Shown here piece by piece: positions 21,023-31,523 of a stretch of DNA of 64,000 nucleotides. The DNA comes from Nitrospirota bacterium (lineage in GTDB: Bacteria; Nitrospirota; UBA9217): contig CAVVUN010000008.1 in the NCBI GenBank assembly GCA_963751455.1, positions 128,001-192,000 of the forward strand, written 5' to 3'. The position numbers and the translations under genes are program-made. The number at the start of each line of letters is the position of its first letter. The stretch's first letter is position 1. Under the pieces are notes generated by a model. That model made no database searches. It had not been told where the DNA came from and saw only the letters and a program-made list of their open reading frames with translations.

Positions 21023-21208
21023 ATGACACAATACAGAATCATATGTCCCAATTGTGGAGCAATCATTATTACAGCAACCCGTCTCTCGGCCGTATTGGAA
21101 GACTGTCCGAAGTGCAGGCAGCATATATGGGACCTTTATGACGCACTGCTCGCGGATCTTTATTCAACGGAATCAGATAAGGTAGTCGGCCCGACTATGA
21201 GGGCCTAG
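21023..21208 (+). CDS. Small zinc-ribbon protein
   Basis: CPNC...CPKC; strong RBS GAGGAGG. Confidence 0.65.
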   Translation: MTQYRIICPNCGAIIITATRLSAVLEDCPKCRQHIWDLYDALLADLYSTESDKVVGPTMRA

Positions 21209-21588
21209 TTTGAGTCCCGCGCCTGGTAGTTCAGGTTTGAGTGTGCTTGCTGTATGACAGGGCGAATCTCGCGTTTTTTAGTCTGACCCCAAATGCTCCC
21301 GTCTTGGTTTTTGCCTGAGATACGCGGATTGCTCAGCAGTCCTTGCATTTGGCGCCTAAAACTGTATAATACGGCTATAGACTCATCAATGGGGCAAGCT
21401 GTCCCATATCGAACGAAATTATTGCCGCGCCTCATCTTCGATAACTGACTCTTCCTGCTCTCACCTTTTCTCTTAAAAAGCGACAGCATGCCTGGTTGGC
21501 GAACGATGCGGTTTTGCGGATACTCATTTGAGTCCGCGCGCCCCTTTTTGGGGGACATGCGCGGCGAATACGGAGGAGGTGGTAAATC

Positions 21589-21837
21589 GTGGAAATAAGA
21601 GTCCAGTCCCAGAATATTGAAAAGGCACTGCGGGACTTGAAAAAGAAGATCCAGTTGGACGGCCTTATGGGGGAATTAAAGAAGCGGCGCCATTACGAAA
21701 AGCCCTCGGTGAAAAAGAAGAACAAACGGATCGAGGCGGAGAAGCGAAGGCGCAAGCTCCTCAAGCGCGCGCGGCCAGGCGGTTCGGGGCCGAGGCCGGG
21801 AAGGTCGACAGCGTCATCCCCGTCATCGCACAAATAA
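21589..21837 (+). CDS. rpsU: 30S ribosomal protein S21
   Basis: IEKALRDLKKK, ELKKRRHYEKPSVKKK; GTG start with RBS GGAGG. Confidence 0.92.
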   Translation: MEIRVQSQNIEKALRDLKKKIQLDGLMGELKKRRHYEKPSVKKKNKRIEAEKRRRKLLKRARPGGSGPRPGRSTASSPSSHK

Positions 21838-22074
21838 ACCCGAAACAGCGGGTGATAATCTGAAGCTGGGTCGCTCTCGCCGGAAGGGTATATTTACCCG
21901 AAAGAGGATCGACCGATCCGTGATCTATTGCGGAAACGGTCTCATCTCGTAAAGCTCAGAACATCGCTGATCATCAGTTTGCAAAACATCAGCAGCAGAA
22001 ACAACGGGTTCAAGCTCAAAGTGAGTGACGTAAAAGCATTACAATAACCCAACCCCCAAATAATCAATTCACTA

Positions 22075-22650
22075 TCAACGCACGCAACGGACATAGCTTG
22101 AGAACTCCTCATATTGGTGGGCCGTGAAGCCGATTTTGGGGGTCACAAGCCAGGCGTTGATCTTACTCTCTGCGAAGGCGCTGGACGACCAGTATTCGGC
22201 GCCAGTGGACGACTGTGTATTTGGGAAATATGTGGTATTGATCGCAGGGCTGTATGTTCCATGGCTTACGATGCTCACCAGTTCCATACGTGTCGGAAGG
22301 CGCCAGCCTGTACCGGGCAAGCCGGCAGTGTTGCTGCTGCAGTAGGTATTTGCATCGGACCGGGTGCGGGTTGTCGCGTCATCTTCCTTCTGCCAGATGA
22401 GCCCGGTAACATTGTCAGTAATCGTACCATCGCCGTTATCGGTATAAGACGGCGGATTAATCGAATAATCCGCATCTTCCCCGAAAGTTACTGAATACTT
22501 CGTCGTCTGTCCTGTGTCCGGGACAGGGACATGTTTGACAGCTATTTCTGTTAACGTATCCTCCGTGCTGTTAACCTGCCCGTCATTGAGTGGCAGACAG
22601 AGAAGAAAGGCAGTCGTTTCCGATGTGCAAACAGAAATAGCAATATTCAA
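22075..22650 (-). CDS. DUF1566 (Lcl C-terminal, CLec-like) domain protein, probably 5'-degenerate
   Basis: PDTGQT, YTDNGDGTITDNVTGLIWQK, WRLPT..EL, YWSSS...AW...YVRCVR. Confidence 0.85.
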   Translation of the reverse strand: MNIAISVCTSETTAFLLCLPLNDGQVNSTEDTLTEIAVKHVPVPDTGQTTKYSVTFGEDADYSINPPSYTDNGDGTITDNVTGLIWQKEDDATTRTRSDANTYCSSNTAGLPGTGWRLPTRMELVSIVSHGTYSPAINTTYFPNTQSSTGAEYWSSSAFAESKINAWLVTPKIGFTAHQYEEFSSYVRCVR

Positions 22651-22659
22651 GACTGACTC

Positions 22660-23367
22660 TTAATCACTCAATCGAGTGAAATCAATTGGTATCTCTACGA
22701 TCCCATCTTCGCTCAGTCTAGAGAAACGTCTGCCTTGAATATATAAGTTCATGCTTAAAATGCCGTAAGGAAATCGCTTCGATGTAGTCCGCGGGAATTG
22801 CTGCAGATCCAGGCGCGCAGTAAATGTCTTGTTTTGAAGACTCTTTAAGTAAGGATATTTCTCTAAACTGCTGAAAATGAGATTCCGCGCATAATAGCGA
22901 TAGCCATACCAGCCTGAGCTACGATTCATTCCCAGGAAACTCCGTGGAGTCTTTGTATCCACCAGTTCGCCTTGATAGAACGCATCACCCAGATTACCAG
23001 AGATTGAGATCACTTCCGGGGGTTCAAGATTCGGGATAGCCTTATAATCCACTCGCAGAAGTATATCAATATCAGATGGCCTAAGACGCGACGTTTCCTC
23101 TTTTGACGCTATTACTATGGCCTGTTTCGCATTAGAGACCGCGCCCGTGATAGCAACGAGTTCCGCCTTGAGTTGTTCATTAGCTTTGTCATCAATGACT
23201 GACTTGACAATCATGAAGGTCGCAGCTAACAGGCCAATCAGTATTGCTGCGTAACCCCATCCTGTTACAGCTTTCCATTTTCTGGTTTTAAAATCAGTTG
23301 TTTCACCGAGCACACCGATTACGACGGCAGTGAAAGCGAGCAACGATAAAACAATATCAATCGTCAT
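22660..23367 (-). CDS. Hypothetical protein with two N-terminal TM helices
   Basis: Long ORF, two hydrophobic segments, RBS GGGGGAG. Confidence 0.6.
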   Translation of the reverse strand: MTIDIVLSLLAFTAVVIGVLGETTDFKTRKWKAVTGWGYAAILIGLLAATFMIVKSVIDDKANEQLKAELVAITGAVSNAKQAIVIASKEETSRLRPSDIDILLRVDYKAIPNLEPPEVISISGNLGDAFYQGELVDTKTPRSFLGMNRSSGWYGYRYYARNLIFSSLEKYPYLKSLQNKTFTARLDLQQFPRTTSKRFPYGILSMNLYIQGRRFSRLSEDGIVEIPIDFTRLSD

Positions 23368-23482
23368 TCGACACTCCCCCATGCGACCACAGCAAGATTA
23401 TTTTTTCTATGTTGCCTTGCTAGCTTTGCTTAACTTCTAATAAATGGGTGACACGGAGAGGGTCTTCCGTAGAGGCTTAGGC

Positions 23483-24283
23483 TTACGCACTACGGCCGGG
23501 TGATACCCGCGGTGCAGGCTGCTTAACCTTCTCGTTGTGACGGTGCAGTTCATCAAGAAGAACGTCCAACTCATCCTGCGTGAGTATCTTCCGTTCCAGG
23601 AAGTACGTTCCGAGCTGCCGCTGCTGCGAATACTGAAAAAACAACATCACCCTCACCTGAAACTCCGAAAGAAGATCGAGGTCAACGGCCTTTTCCCCGA
23701 ACCGTCCTGTCTGACTACCAGCCTTGAGAACGCGGTCTATTCCTTCGGCACTCAGCCAACCCCACCGCAGCGCAATATCGCCGATTACCGGCCTCTGCTT
23801 TCGCTGCCAACCAAGGGCATCGATCAGCATCCCGTAGGAGATATAACCGCAATAATAGAGAAACCGTCCGAACTGCATCCGCTGCCTGGGCAGGACCACT
23901 GGTTTGCGGCGTTCATGCCGCGGCCCGGCATTGTGCTTCGGACCGGACGCCGGCCTGTACCTCCGGCCCGGCGCTTCCCAACCGCGGGGTGCATGGCGGT
24001 GCTTGTGTGAATCCGGATACCAGAGACCATTCTCACGCTGCTCAAAGAACCGGTTGACGATATCGTACGCATCGGCAATATCACGGAAGAGCCTTGTCTG
24101 CTCCTGCTGGATTTGCGGAGAGTCTCGGGCGAAGAGATCAGGGTGAGTTTCCTTGGCTTTTCTGCGGTACGCGGATTTGGCGCCGTCGCGCTGAAGATAG
24201 AGCAGAAATCCGGAGCAGATATCAACGTCGGCCCCAAAGAGAGTCTGACATGCCCGTAGAACTTCAGATTCCGAGAGTATCAT
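23483..24283 (-). CDS. J-domain (DnaJ-like) protein
   Basis: KSAYRRKAKETHPD...F..I..AY; C-terminal GspE_N-like repeats (FGRFL, IGDIA, FGEKA, LGTYF). Confidence 0.85.
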   Translation of the reverse strand: MILSESEVLRACQTLFGADVDICSGFLLYLQRDGAKSAYRRKAKETHPDLFARDSPQIQQEQTRLFRDIADAYDIVNRFFEQRENGLWYPDSHKHRHAPRGWEAPGRRYRPASGPKHNAGPRHERRKPVVLPRQRMQFGRFLYYCGYISYGMLIDALGWQRKQRPVIGDIALRWGWLSAEGIDRVLKAGSQTGRFGEKAVDLDLLSEFQVRVMLFFQYSQQRQLGTYFLERKILTQDELDVLLDELHRHNEKVKQPAPRVSPGRSA

Positions 24284-24836
24284 CGGCAGAGGACTCCAAA
24301 CTGCAGGGGTGTATGCCGGGGAGAACGCATGCCGGACGACTCATATGAGATCGTCGGCTATTCGAATATAACGACTTGGGGAAATGCTGTCAAGAAAATA
24401 TAATGGTAGCACTTTACTCTTGGTTTTTTATTTTTAGGATTAGTGGAAAAGGGGCATTCTTTAGGGACATCCCATAGCCCCCTATTGTGCCCTGTACCCC
24501 CTGACTAATCAACATACCGGCAAAAATTTCCTGCACCGTGGTTCCAAAGGTTCAACCATTTCTATTTATCGATTTTTTTCTCCTTCTTTATCTACCTAAA
24601 TAATTCATTGTGTCCCATTGCCCGGAATGTCGTTTTTATCCGATCTAAAATAATTAATAACTGAACCTGGAGTGTCATGTAGGGCTCGAGTTCGGGATGG
24701 ATTCCGTGATTATCCTCCGTGTCTATGACTGGAAACTGTGCGATGCACTGCAAAGGGTTGCGGGAACAATTGCAATATGTGTCTGGACAGTATGGTACAC
24801 GATTACGCGTCGATCAGATACGACAGGAGGGAGGGC

Positions 24837-25226
24837 ATGATGAAGAGAAAGAGAAATGCAGCGAAAACATTCCGTCTCGCGGTCCTGGGCGTCATGCTGT
24901 TTCTCGCCGGGTGCACAACAGGGGTGCCTGTCAAGGTCATGCCTTATGTCGGGGTGACCTTGTATCCCCCGACGGACCCGACATCCGTCATGGTCCTGCA
25001 AACCGATCCACTACGACCCCATCAGACCCTTGGGCATGTCATTGTCGAACCGGAGGACACGCTATCGGTTGAGGAGACGGAACGGATCCTGCGCGACACG
25101 GCAGCAGCGATGGGGGCCAACGCCGTGGTCATTATCGCAAACATGGGGATGAAGGAAGGTGTGAATCGCTGGCAGACATGGGGCGGTCAAGTGATCTCTG
25201 CGGTTGCCATCAGGTATAAAGATTAG
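24837..25226 (+). CDS. Hypothetical lipoprotein
   Basis: Lipobox LAGC; LRDTAAAMGANAVVI. Confidence 0.7.
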   Translation: MMKRKRNAAKTFRLAVLGVMLFLAGCTTGVPVKVMPYVGVTLYPPTDPTSVMVLQTDPLRPHQTLGHVIVEPEDTLSVEETERILRDTAAAMGANAVVIIANMGMKEGVNRWQTWGGQVISAVAIRYKD

Positions 25227-25964
25227 GGCATCTTTAGGGTGGTCTTGCGGGCTTGACATTCCCTTTTTCCTGAAAAAAAGCCAGTTTCGCCATTACTTAA
25301 AAAACCTCGAGGCGGCTCAGGCAAGCTGCTTGACCCCTGCCCCCGAGCGGCGTATTACATTATGCGAGATGGCGTATCGTTTATGCCGGAGAAGATCTTC
25401 ACATAAGGCTGACTGGAGCGGTGAACCCAGCTTAGGGTGTGGAATAACCACGAGACCTGATTGGTAATCCGTCCCACCCAATACTCTATAGAGTTATCAG
25501 CATACAAATATTTGGACACGGCATGGAACCGAAGACTTCGGCGTGAGCTCAGTCGAACGCTTTTCTGGTCCGCTCCGCTATACTGAACGGTTCTTCTATT
25601 CGCGTAAATATATATAACGTAGTGACCGAAATGGACTATCTTTCCCCCGTGTATTTCGTCCTCGCCTGGCGTTTACTATTATTCGACATTTTTTTTCTTC
25701 CTCTCCGCCTCAACTTCAAGATGGCCCTTGCTGGAAGCCTTCAGAGGAGCCGCCGGATTGCACGGCGCGGGATTCACCCGGTAACCGCCACCCGATAAAG
25801 GGCTGGCTCCCGGCATCTCTTCCAGTCATCTGCCCTCAAAAATGTGATCATAGTCACCGATACGTAAATTTATTCGGGTTATCATTACAGGGCTCCGAAA
25901 GATTCTCGTCTCGGAGGATCGATTCTGATTATATAAGGATCGTCGTGATCCTGCGGAGGCTACA

Positions 25965-26369
25965 ATGGAAACGCTATACGGAAAGTACCCGAAAAAAATA
26001 ATCTGTCGGTGCAACGCCGGGGAAATGGAGGGCGCAGCAGACACAATACAGCTGAATGATCGATGTCCGATATGTCACAGCGTTCGTCAGATATGCATCC
26101 CTAAAGCTGAAGCAAGGATGAAAGCGGCCTCCGGCTTACCGGTCGCACGGAAAGCAAAGGAGCCGGTTCTCACAACACAAAAAGAGCTAGAACCATTGAT
26201 CATATCGGATCAAATCTTGAATGATCACGTTGAGCATTCCCTTTCCTATTTCTCATATTTCATGACCTTACCTGAAAGAATGTTTTGGATTTATACCTCG
26301 GCATTCCTCACTCTCACTCCGGCGATGTTAGAAAGGAAATCTCAGTCTGCTTACACAGCAGATAAATGA
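25965..26369 (+). CDS. Hypothetical protein with possible metal-binding Cys motifs
   Basis: RBS GGAGG; CRC and CPICH. Confidence 0.4.
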   Translation: METLYGKYPKKIICRCNAGEMEGAADTIQLNDRCPICHSVRQICIPKAEARMKAASGLPVARKAKEPVLTTQKELEPLIISDQILNDHVEHSLSYFSYFMTLPERMFWIYTSAFLTLTPAMLERKSQSAYTADK

Positions 26370-26689
26370 GCTGTGGACCGGGACCATTTGTGCGTACCAT
26401 GGGGCCACCTATGAAAACGCGGATTGTGCCGCTCTCGGGAGCTTCAATTACCACTATACCCCAATCCTATTTCTCATATTTCAAGACTTGACACAGACAC
26501 ATTTCCTGCCCCCTGTATTAAAGTCACCATTCCGCCGTGCAAGTGAGTAGTCAGACGGTCGAAACTTTTCTTTACTCTATTTTTTACTTCTTAATTACAC
26601 TCAGGCGGTGTTACAATAAACTTGAATATAATTTTTTCCGCTATTGATGTCTCATTCCCTTCGCTGACTTTTGTTGTAGGGGGTGTAAG

Positions 26690-27718
26690 ATGAAAAAGCT
26701 AGCTGAAATTGGAATCGATCTGTTCCCGGGCAGGCATTCGAAAAAATTGGCCGGGAAAATCGACAGCGTTTTTTTAATTGTTTTTCTTTTGCTTTCAGCG
26801 ATCATGCTTGTCGCACCATCCGCAGCACGCGCAGATGTTTCCGTAGGCGTATCGGTTACGATCGGCCCGCCTCCCATTCCCGTTTACACTCAGCCTCTCT
26901 GCCCCGGCCCGGGCTTTATCTGGATACCGGGCTACTGGGCATGGGACCCGGATTTCGCCTACTACTGGGTGCCCGGCATGTGGTCGCCCGCGCCGTTTGT
27001 CGGCGCGCTCTGGACCCCTGGCTATTGGGCTTGGAGCAGCGGCGTGTATATCTGGTACGATGGCTATTGGGGAACGAGGGTGGGCTTTTACGGCGGGATC
27101 AACTACGGCTTCGGCTATACCGGCCACGGCTACTACGGCGGCTACTGGAGCGGCAACAGGTACTATTACAACCGCACGGTTAATAACATCGACGTGAGGA
27201 ACATAACTACCGTGTATAACAGAAACGTCGAGCGCGTTCGGCCGGCCGGGCCCAGTTTCCACGGCGGCCGGGGCGGGACCGTCGCCCGCCCGACATCCGA
27301 ACAGCTGGCAGCGGCACGCGAACGGCGTACCCCGATTACCGCAGAACAAAGGCAGCACATGCAGGTTGCCCGTGACAACCCCGAGCAAAGGGCAACCGTA
27401 AACCGCGGCCGTCCGGCCATTGTCGCCACACCGAGGCCGGGTGTATTCACCGGTCGCGGTGTGGTTCGTTCCGGCCGGGCTGAAGCTCCGGGCACACTCC
27501 CGCGAGTCAGACAGACCCCAAGGCCCGGCAGCGTGCAGCCTCCGGTCGGCGCGCGCGAACGCATGACGCCCGGAACCCCGCAGCGGAGGTCTGAACCGCG
27601 ATACAACGAGCCCGGACCGCGATACAGCCAGCCCGGACGTGGCCAGCCACAACAGAAGCCAGCGAGACAACCCCAGCAGAGGGAAAGGCGTTCAGATGAA
27701 AGGAAAGAATCCCGATAG
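26690..27718 (+). CDS. YXWGXW repeat-containing secreted protein
   Basis: WIPGYWAW, WVPGMW, WTPGYWAW, WYDGYW; low-complexity R/P/Q tail. Confidence 0.88.
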   Translation: MKKLAEIGIDLFPGRHSKKLAGKIDSVFLIVFLLLSAIMLVAPSAARADVSVGVSVTIGPPPIPVYTQPLCPGPGFIWIPGYWAWDPDFAYYWVPGMWSPAPFVGALWTPGYWAWSSGVYIWYDGYWGTRVGFYGGINYGFGYTGHGYYGGYWSGNRYYYNRTVNNIDVRNITTVYNRNVERVRPAGPSFHGGRGGTVARPTSEQLAAARERRTPITAEQRQHMQVARDNPEQRATVNRGRPAIVATPRPGVFTGRGVVRSGRAEAPGTLPRVRQTPRPGSVQPPVGARERMTPGTPQRRSEPRYNEPGPRYSQPGRGQPQQKPARQPQQRERRSDERKESR

Positions 27719-28234
27719 AGAGCCCTTCAGGAAGCCGACACAGTGACGCGGAGACCGAGCTGCGACGAGGGTTAATAACAGGATCCAGGGGGCAAGGGTC
27801 CAATGTTCAGGGTTCAGGAGCCATTGTCAAGAGATTTATGATGCAGGAATAAAAAGGCGACTAAGCCGCGAGCTTTAACGGTATTGGGCTTAATTTCTCT
27901 CCGACCTTTTTTACCAGAGCACTGTGTCTCCGGTCCGCTTTTTCCATCCGGACCCGGATTAGAGTCTTTGCCGCTCAGGCAACGAACAGGGCCAGCGAAA
28001 CGAAACGTAGTACCGCGGAATTGATTTTCATAGTAACCTCCCGGCGCACTTCCCCGGGACTTATACTTCTGAATTTAGCGCGCATCGGAGGCGAGTCAAT
28101 TGGCCCGATGTATTAGCCGGTAGAGGTTGAAATGCCGCGTAATTTATCTTCGATTGGGCTCATCCGCGTTTCTAAAGTGCCTTCATAGATTTGATTATCA
28201 AGTCTTGAATTATCGTTTTATTACATTCCGATTG

Positions 28235-28630
28235 TCATCGAGCAGAGCCGGCAGAAAGCTTCTCCCTTCTCGGAATTAAAACTGCAAAGACGACCGCAAC
28301 TATCAGAAGCAGCGGAACGTCGCCGAAGAGATGTCCCCGGTGTTCGGGGTACACAAGCGCCTGGACTGCCATGATGCCGCCGTGGACGACGCTGGACCAG
28401 ACCCCAAACCAGATAAGGCTGAGATGCTCGACTGGATTTCGAGCTGCCCAGATCAGGAATACCCCGAGAGTCGCGTAGATCCCGATGATCATTTGAAGGT
28501 ACATCGAGTGTCCGTCCGAGTGCCATGCAAAGCCCGAGGGCCAGTAAATGGTCAGGGGATAAACTCCGACTATGCAGAAAGCTCCGACAAAAATCAACGC
28601 GATCTTTAAGAGCCGTGCAGTATCGTCCAT
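28235..28630 (-). CDS. Small 4-TM membrane protein (DUF6632-like)
   Basis: WPSGFAWH, MIIGIYATLGVFL, WSSVVHGGIM, HLFGDVP. Confidence 0.75.
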   Translation of the reverse strand: MDDTARLLKIALIFVGAFCIVGVYPLTIYWPSGFAWHSDGHSMYLQMIIGIYATLGVFLIWAARNPVEHLSLIWFGVWSSVVHGGIMAVQALVYPEHRGHLFGDVPLLLIVAVVFAVLIPRREKLSAGSAR

Positions 28631-28666
28631 GCCTGCCTCCTTTACATAACACGGTGTGGCGACTCA

Positions 28667-29080
28667 TCAGTTGACAGTGATCGTTTTTTCGGTTGAGACC
28701 AGCGGCGACCATGACGAAGAATGCGGATTTTCCGAGAGAAGCACGCGCAATGTATTAATCTCATTCAGTGTCTTTATAACGGAAAAAGAGGCTGTTCCCG
28801 TCCCTTTGCTGACAATTTTATTATCATTCTCCAGAGTATAGGAGCTGCCGGCGCTAAATCCATAGTTAATGACCCCGCTCTCTTTTGTTTGCAGGCTATA
28901 TGAAACTGATATCGAAAATGTCGTTGTTGTACCTGCGCTCACTATTGATGGAGTTATGCTGTCAATCGTTATGCTGTCTACTCCGGCAGATCCTGACCCT
29001 GAATCATTACTTCCACATCCGAACGCAAAGAAAAGGACTGTCAACATCGCGGCTGTAAAAACTATTCTGATTAATTTCAT
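28667..29080 (-). CDS. Hypothetical lipoprotein with an Ig-like domain
   Basis: Lipobox AFGC; Ser/Thr-rich beta-strand pattern ITIDSITPS. Confidence 0.65.
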   Translation of the reverse strand: MKLIRIVFTAAMLTVLFFAFGCGSNDSGSGSAGVDSITIDSITPSIVSAGTTTTFSISVSYSLQTKESGVINYGFSAGSSYTLENDNKIVSKGTGTASFSVIKTLNEINTLRVLLSENPHSSSWSPLVSTEKTITVN

Positions 29081-29140
29081 GATCGCCTCCCTGATAGAAT
29101 TCAATTTGTGTTGATACAAAAGACAATGCAACGGTCCAAC

Positions 29141-29890
29141 CTATTTTCGTAAATTTTTAGAACTTGATTGATTTTCCCGAAAGCGTGCCAGCGCGGACTT
29201 ATCGATTTGCTGATAGATATTCTTTTCCACGAAGGATGCAAGAATGGCCTCTTCCTTGTTCGTCAGGGATGTGAATCGTATGCCGTAGCGGCTTACGTCC
29301 GAGGACGGTTCAGGCGGGACTACCCACACAATCTCGCCGGCTGAGGAAATATGCTCGCCATCCGGCAGATAGAAAGAGCATACAACCTGCTCACCCCGGG
29401 CGATCTGTTCGGTGGTTTTTACCAGGATCCCGCTGGAGCTCAAGTTCTCCAAATTGGCCAGGAACGGCCGGTTTTTGTGTTTTCCTTCAACGGTCATGCT
29501 CATGACAACCCCATAGGGTCGGCGGGCGGCACTGTTTAAAAACTCCTGCACCTTGGCAACAAAAATAAATGTAGCGATGGGCAGAGGGAAAACCGCATTG
29601 GCACCGCATCGTCCGATGCGGTCCCGGTGCTCGACAGTATCATTGTACAAAACGATGATAGAGATGTCTCGGGTGTGGTCTGACGCGCGAATCGTCCGGA
29701 TAAGCGTCTCGCATTCAAGGCCGGGCGTGTCAATCTTCGTGACCAGCAAGTGGCAATTCTCCTTGATGTGCAGTTTCAGCATCTCATCATGTGTTGCAGC
29801 GGTCAGGACGGTAATCTTGGACCGCTGGAGGAAAACCATTGCCTTCGTCATAACGGACTGCACATCTTGAGCAACTATAATTTTTTTCAT
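29141..29890 (-). CDS. Degenerate receiver domain plus PilZ domain protein
   Basis: KKIIVAQD...GANA receiver-like part lacking the canonical Asp; NLSSSG and YGIRF of PilZ. Confidence 0.8.
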   Translation of the reverse strand: MKKIIVAQDVQSVMTKAMVFLQRSKITVLTAATHDEMLKLHIKENCHLLVTKIDTPGLECETLIRTIRASDHTRDISIIVLYNDTVEHRDRIGRCGANAVFPLPIATFIFVAKVQEFLNSAARRPYGVVMSMTVEGKHKNRPFLANLENLSSSGILVKTTEQIARGEQVVCSFYLPDGEHISSAGEIVWVVPPEPSSDVSRYGIRFTSLTNKEEAILASFVEKNIYQQIDKSALARFRENQSSSKNLRK

Positions 29891-30188
29891 TGGATGCCTC
29901 TTTGCTGAATCGGCTTTATCCGGGTCTTTTGGCATTAATAAACGTATATCGACCAGAGCGAACTATAGCAAAACTGCGGAGAATAGTACATACCCGCCAA
30001 GGGGTATTTTAGGGGTATGGGAGGGAGAAAGGCGGACAGAGGCGACGGGATGGATGGATCTAATGCAGGGTATAAGGGTCCAGGGTAAAGGGTTCAGGGG
30101 GTAAAGCAGGGGCAATCAAATTCTTCTAATCTCGAGAGGACTGCCGGATCATTCCGGCAGTCCCCCATTGCAAATGTCAGGACATCGG

Positions 30189-30620
30189 TTACGCCGCCTT
30201 CGGCATCTTGCCTACAATCGGCTGCCCTACCGCTTCCAGCCACTTTGCCGTGTTGTGATAGGCTCTAAAGCGGATTATTTTGCCGTTCTGAACGGTGCAG
30301 ACAAAACACGCCGGGATATCCAGCTTCTTTTCCGTTTCTTTGCCTTTACCAAAAAACCTTCCGAGAGCGACAATATCGTCACCCGCGTCAAGATATTCGT
30401 CAATAATGATGCCGAAATCATCGATACGGTCTAAAGTCGGCATCACAACTTCCCTTAAAGATTCATCTGCCCCATGATGTTTGCCTGCGAACCAAAGCCC
30501 CGGCACATCGGGTTCAATCCATTCGATATTATCGTCAAGCACAGCACGAGCTGCTTCAACATCGCCCTTCGGACCCGATTCAAAGAAAGTCCTGACTATT
30601 TCAATATTATTTTTTGCCAT
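30189..30620 (-). CDS. NTF2/SnoaL-like protein
   Basis: NIEIVR.F, LDDNIEW.EP, EYLDAGDDIV, GKIIRF. Confidence 0.85.
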   Translation of the reverse strand: MAKNNIEIVRTFFESGPKGDVEAARAVLDDNIEWIEPDVPGLWFAGKHHGADESLREVVMPTLDRIDDFGIIIDEYLDAGDDIVALGRFFGKGKETEKKLDIPACFVCTVQNGKIIRFRAYHNTAKWLEAVGQPIVGKMPKAA

Positions 30621-30875
30621 TTGTACCTCCTGAACTGCAAATTCGACCACAAACAAATTTTACCATAAATCTTCTTTTAGCCTTATTTTGCGCCCAAAGT
30701 ATACGTCCACGGCGAGAGCGTACAGGTACTGACGTAAAAAAATCGGGAGCGAAGAATCTCTATTCTGCGCTCCCGATACGTTAAAAGGCAGTTGAAAACC
30801 GCTGTATTGCCATTTTAGAGAGGCACTACTTGAAACGGGCAATCCCCGACTTTGTGAGCGATCTTCAGCAGCCTG

Positions 30876-31418
30876 TTAATTGTTCTCAACAACGAAATCG
30901 GCTCTTCTGTTCTCCTGCCAGCACTCCTCAGTGCCGATTTTACAGACCGGTTTTTCCTTGCCATAGCTGATCAGCGCCAGCCGCTGGGAAGAAACGCCCA
31001 GATCAGCAATATATTTCTTGGCGTTCTGCGCGCGTCGCTGACCCAATGCCTGGTTATACTCGATTGTGCCGCGTTCGTCGCAGTTTCCCTCTATCTTGAC
31101 CTTTACGCCCGGATTTGCCTTGAGCCATTCGGCATTTTCCCTGAGAACGGTTGCTGCTTCCTTGCTGATGTCTGACTGGTCGAACTCATAATGCACGGGC
31201 TTTAGTCCGCGTTCCGCAGAGACAGCTTGCTCCTGGACTTTTTCCTCAGCCCGGTATGCTGCGTCCTTCACCTCTTGCTTTTCAGGTTCGGCTGCTCCTG
31301 AAGCGGTTGCTGCAGGTGCAGGTTCCGGGGACGAGGAAATTTCCGTTTTTTTAGGGCAACCTGACAAAGAAACCAACCATACCATCAATAATGCAACGAT
31401 CCCAATCCACTGTCTCAT
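30876..31418 (-). CDS. pal: Peptidoglycan-associated lipoprotein (OmpA-like domain)
   Basis: Lipobox LSGC; IEGNCDERGTIEYNQALGQRRA, ISYGKEKP, ENRRADF. Confidence 0.92.
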   Translation of the reverse strand: MRQWIGIVALLMVWLVSLSGCPKKTEISSSPEPAPAATASGAAEPEKQEVKDAAYRAEEKVQEQAVSAERGLKPVHYEFDQSDISKEAATVLRENAEWLKANPGVKVKIEGNCDERGTIEYNQALGQRRAQNAKKYIADLGVSSQRLALISYGKEKPVCKIGTEECWQENRRADFVVENN

Positions 31419-31523
31419 CTGAACCCCTCCGTATAATAAGATTTTTCCGTTCCAGTACTCAAAGTATACCGGTGTGGTTGCAGAAGAGTCCGTGATCCTG
31501 CTCACAAATCTAATACTTTTTTA

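Noticed and set aside
21589-21837. Isolated rpsU with a low-complexity tail as a novelty
   Set aside because: Stand-alone or multiple rpsU copies with variable tails are common.
21840-23460. Complete DGR around the DUF1566 gene
   Set aside because: No reverse transcriptase, Avd or AAC-rich template repeat was found in the window.
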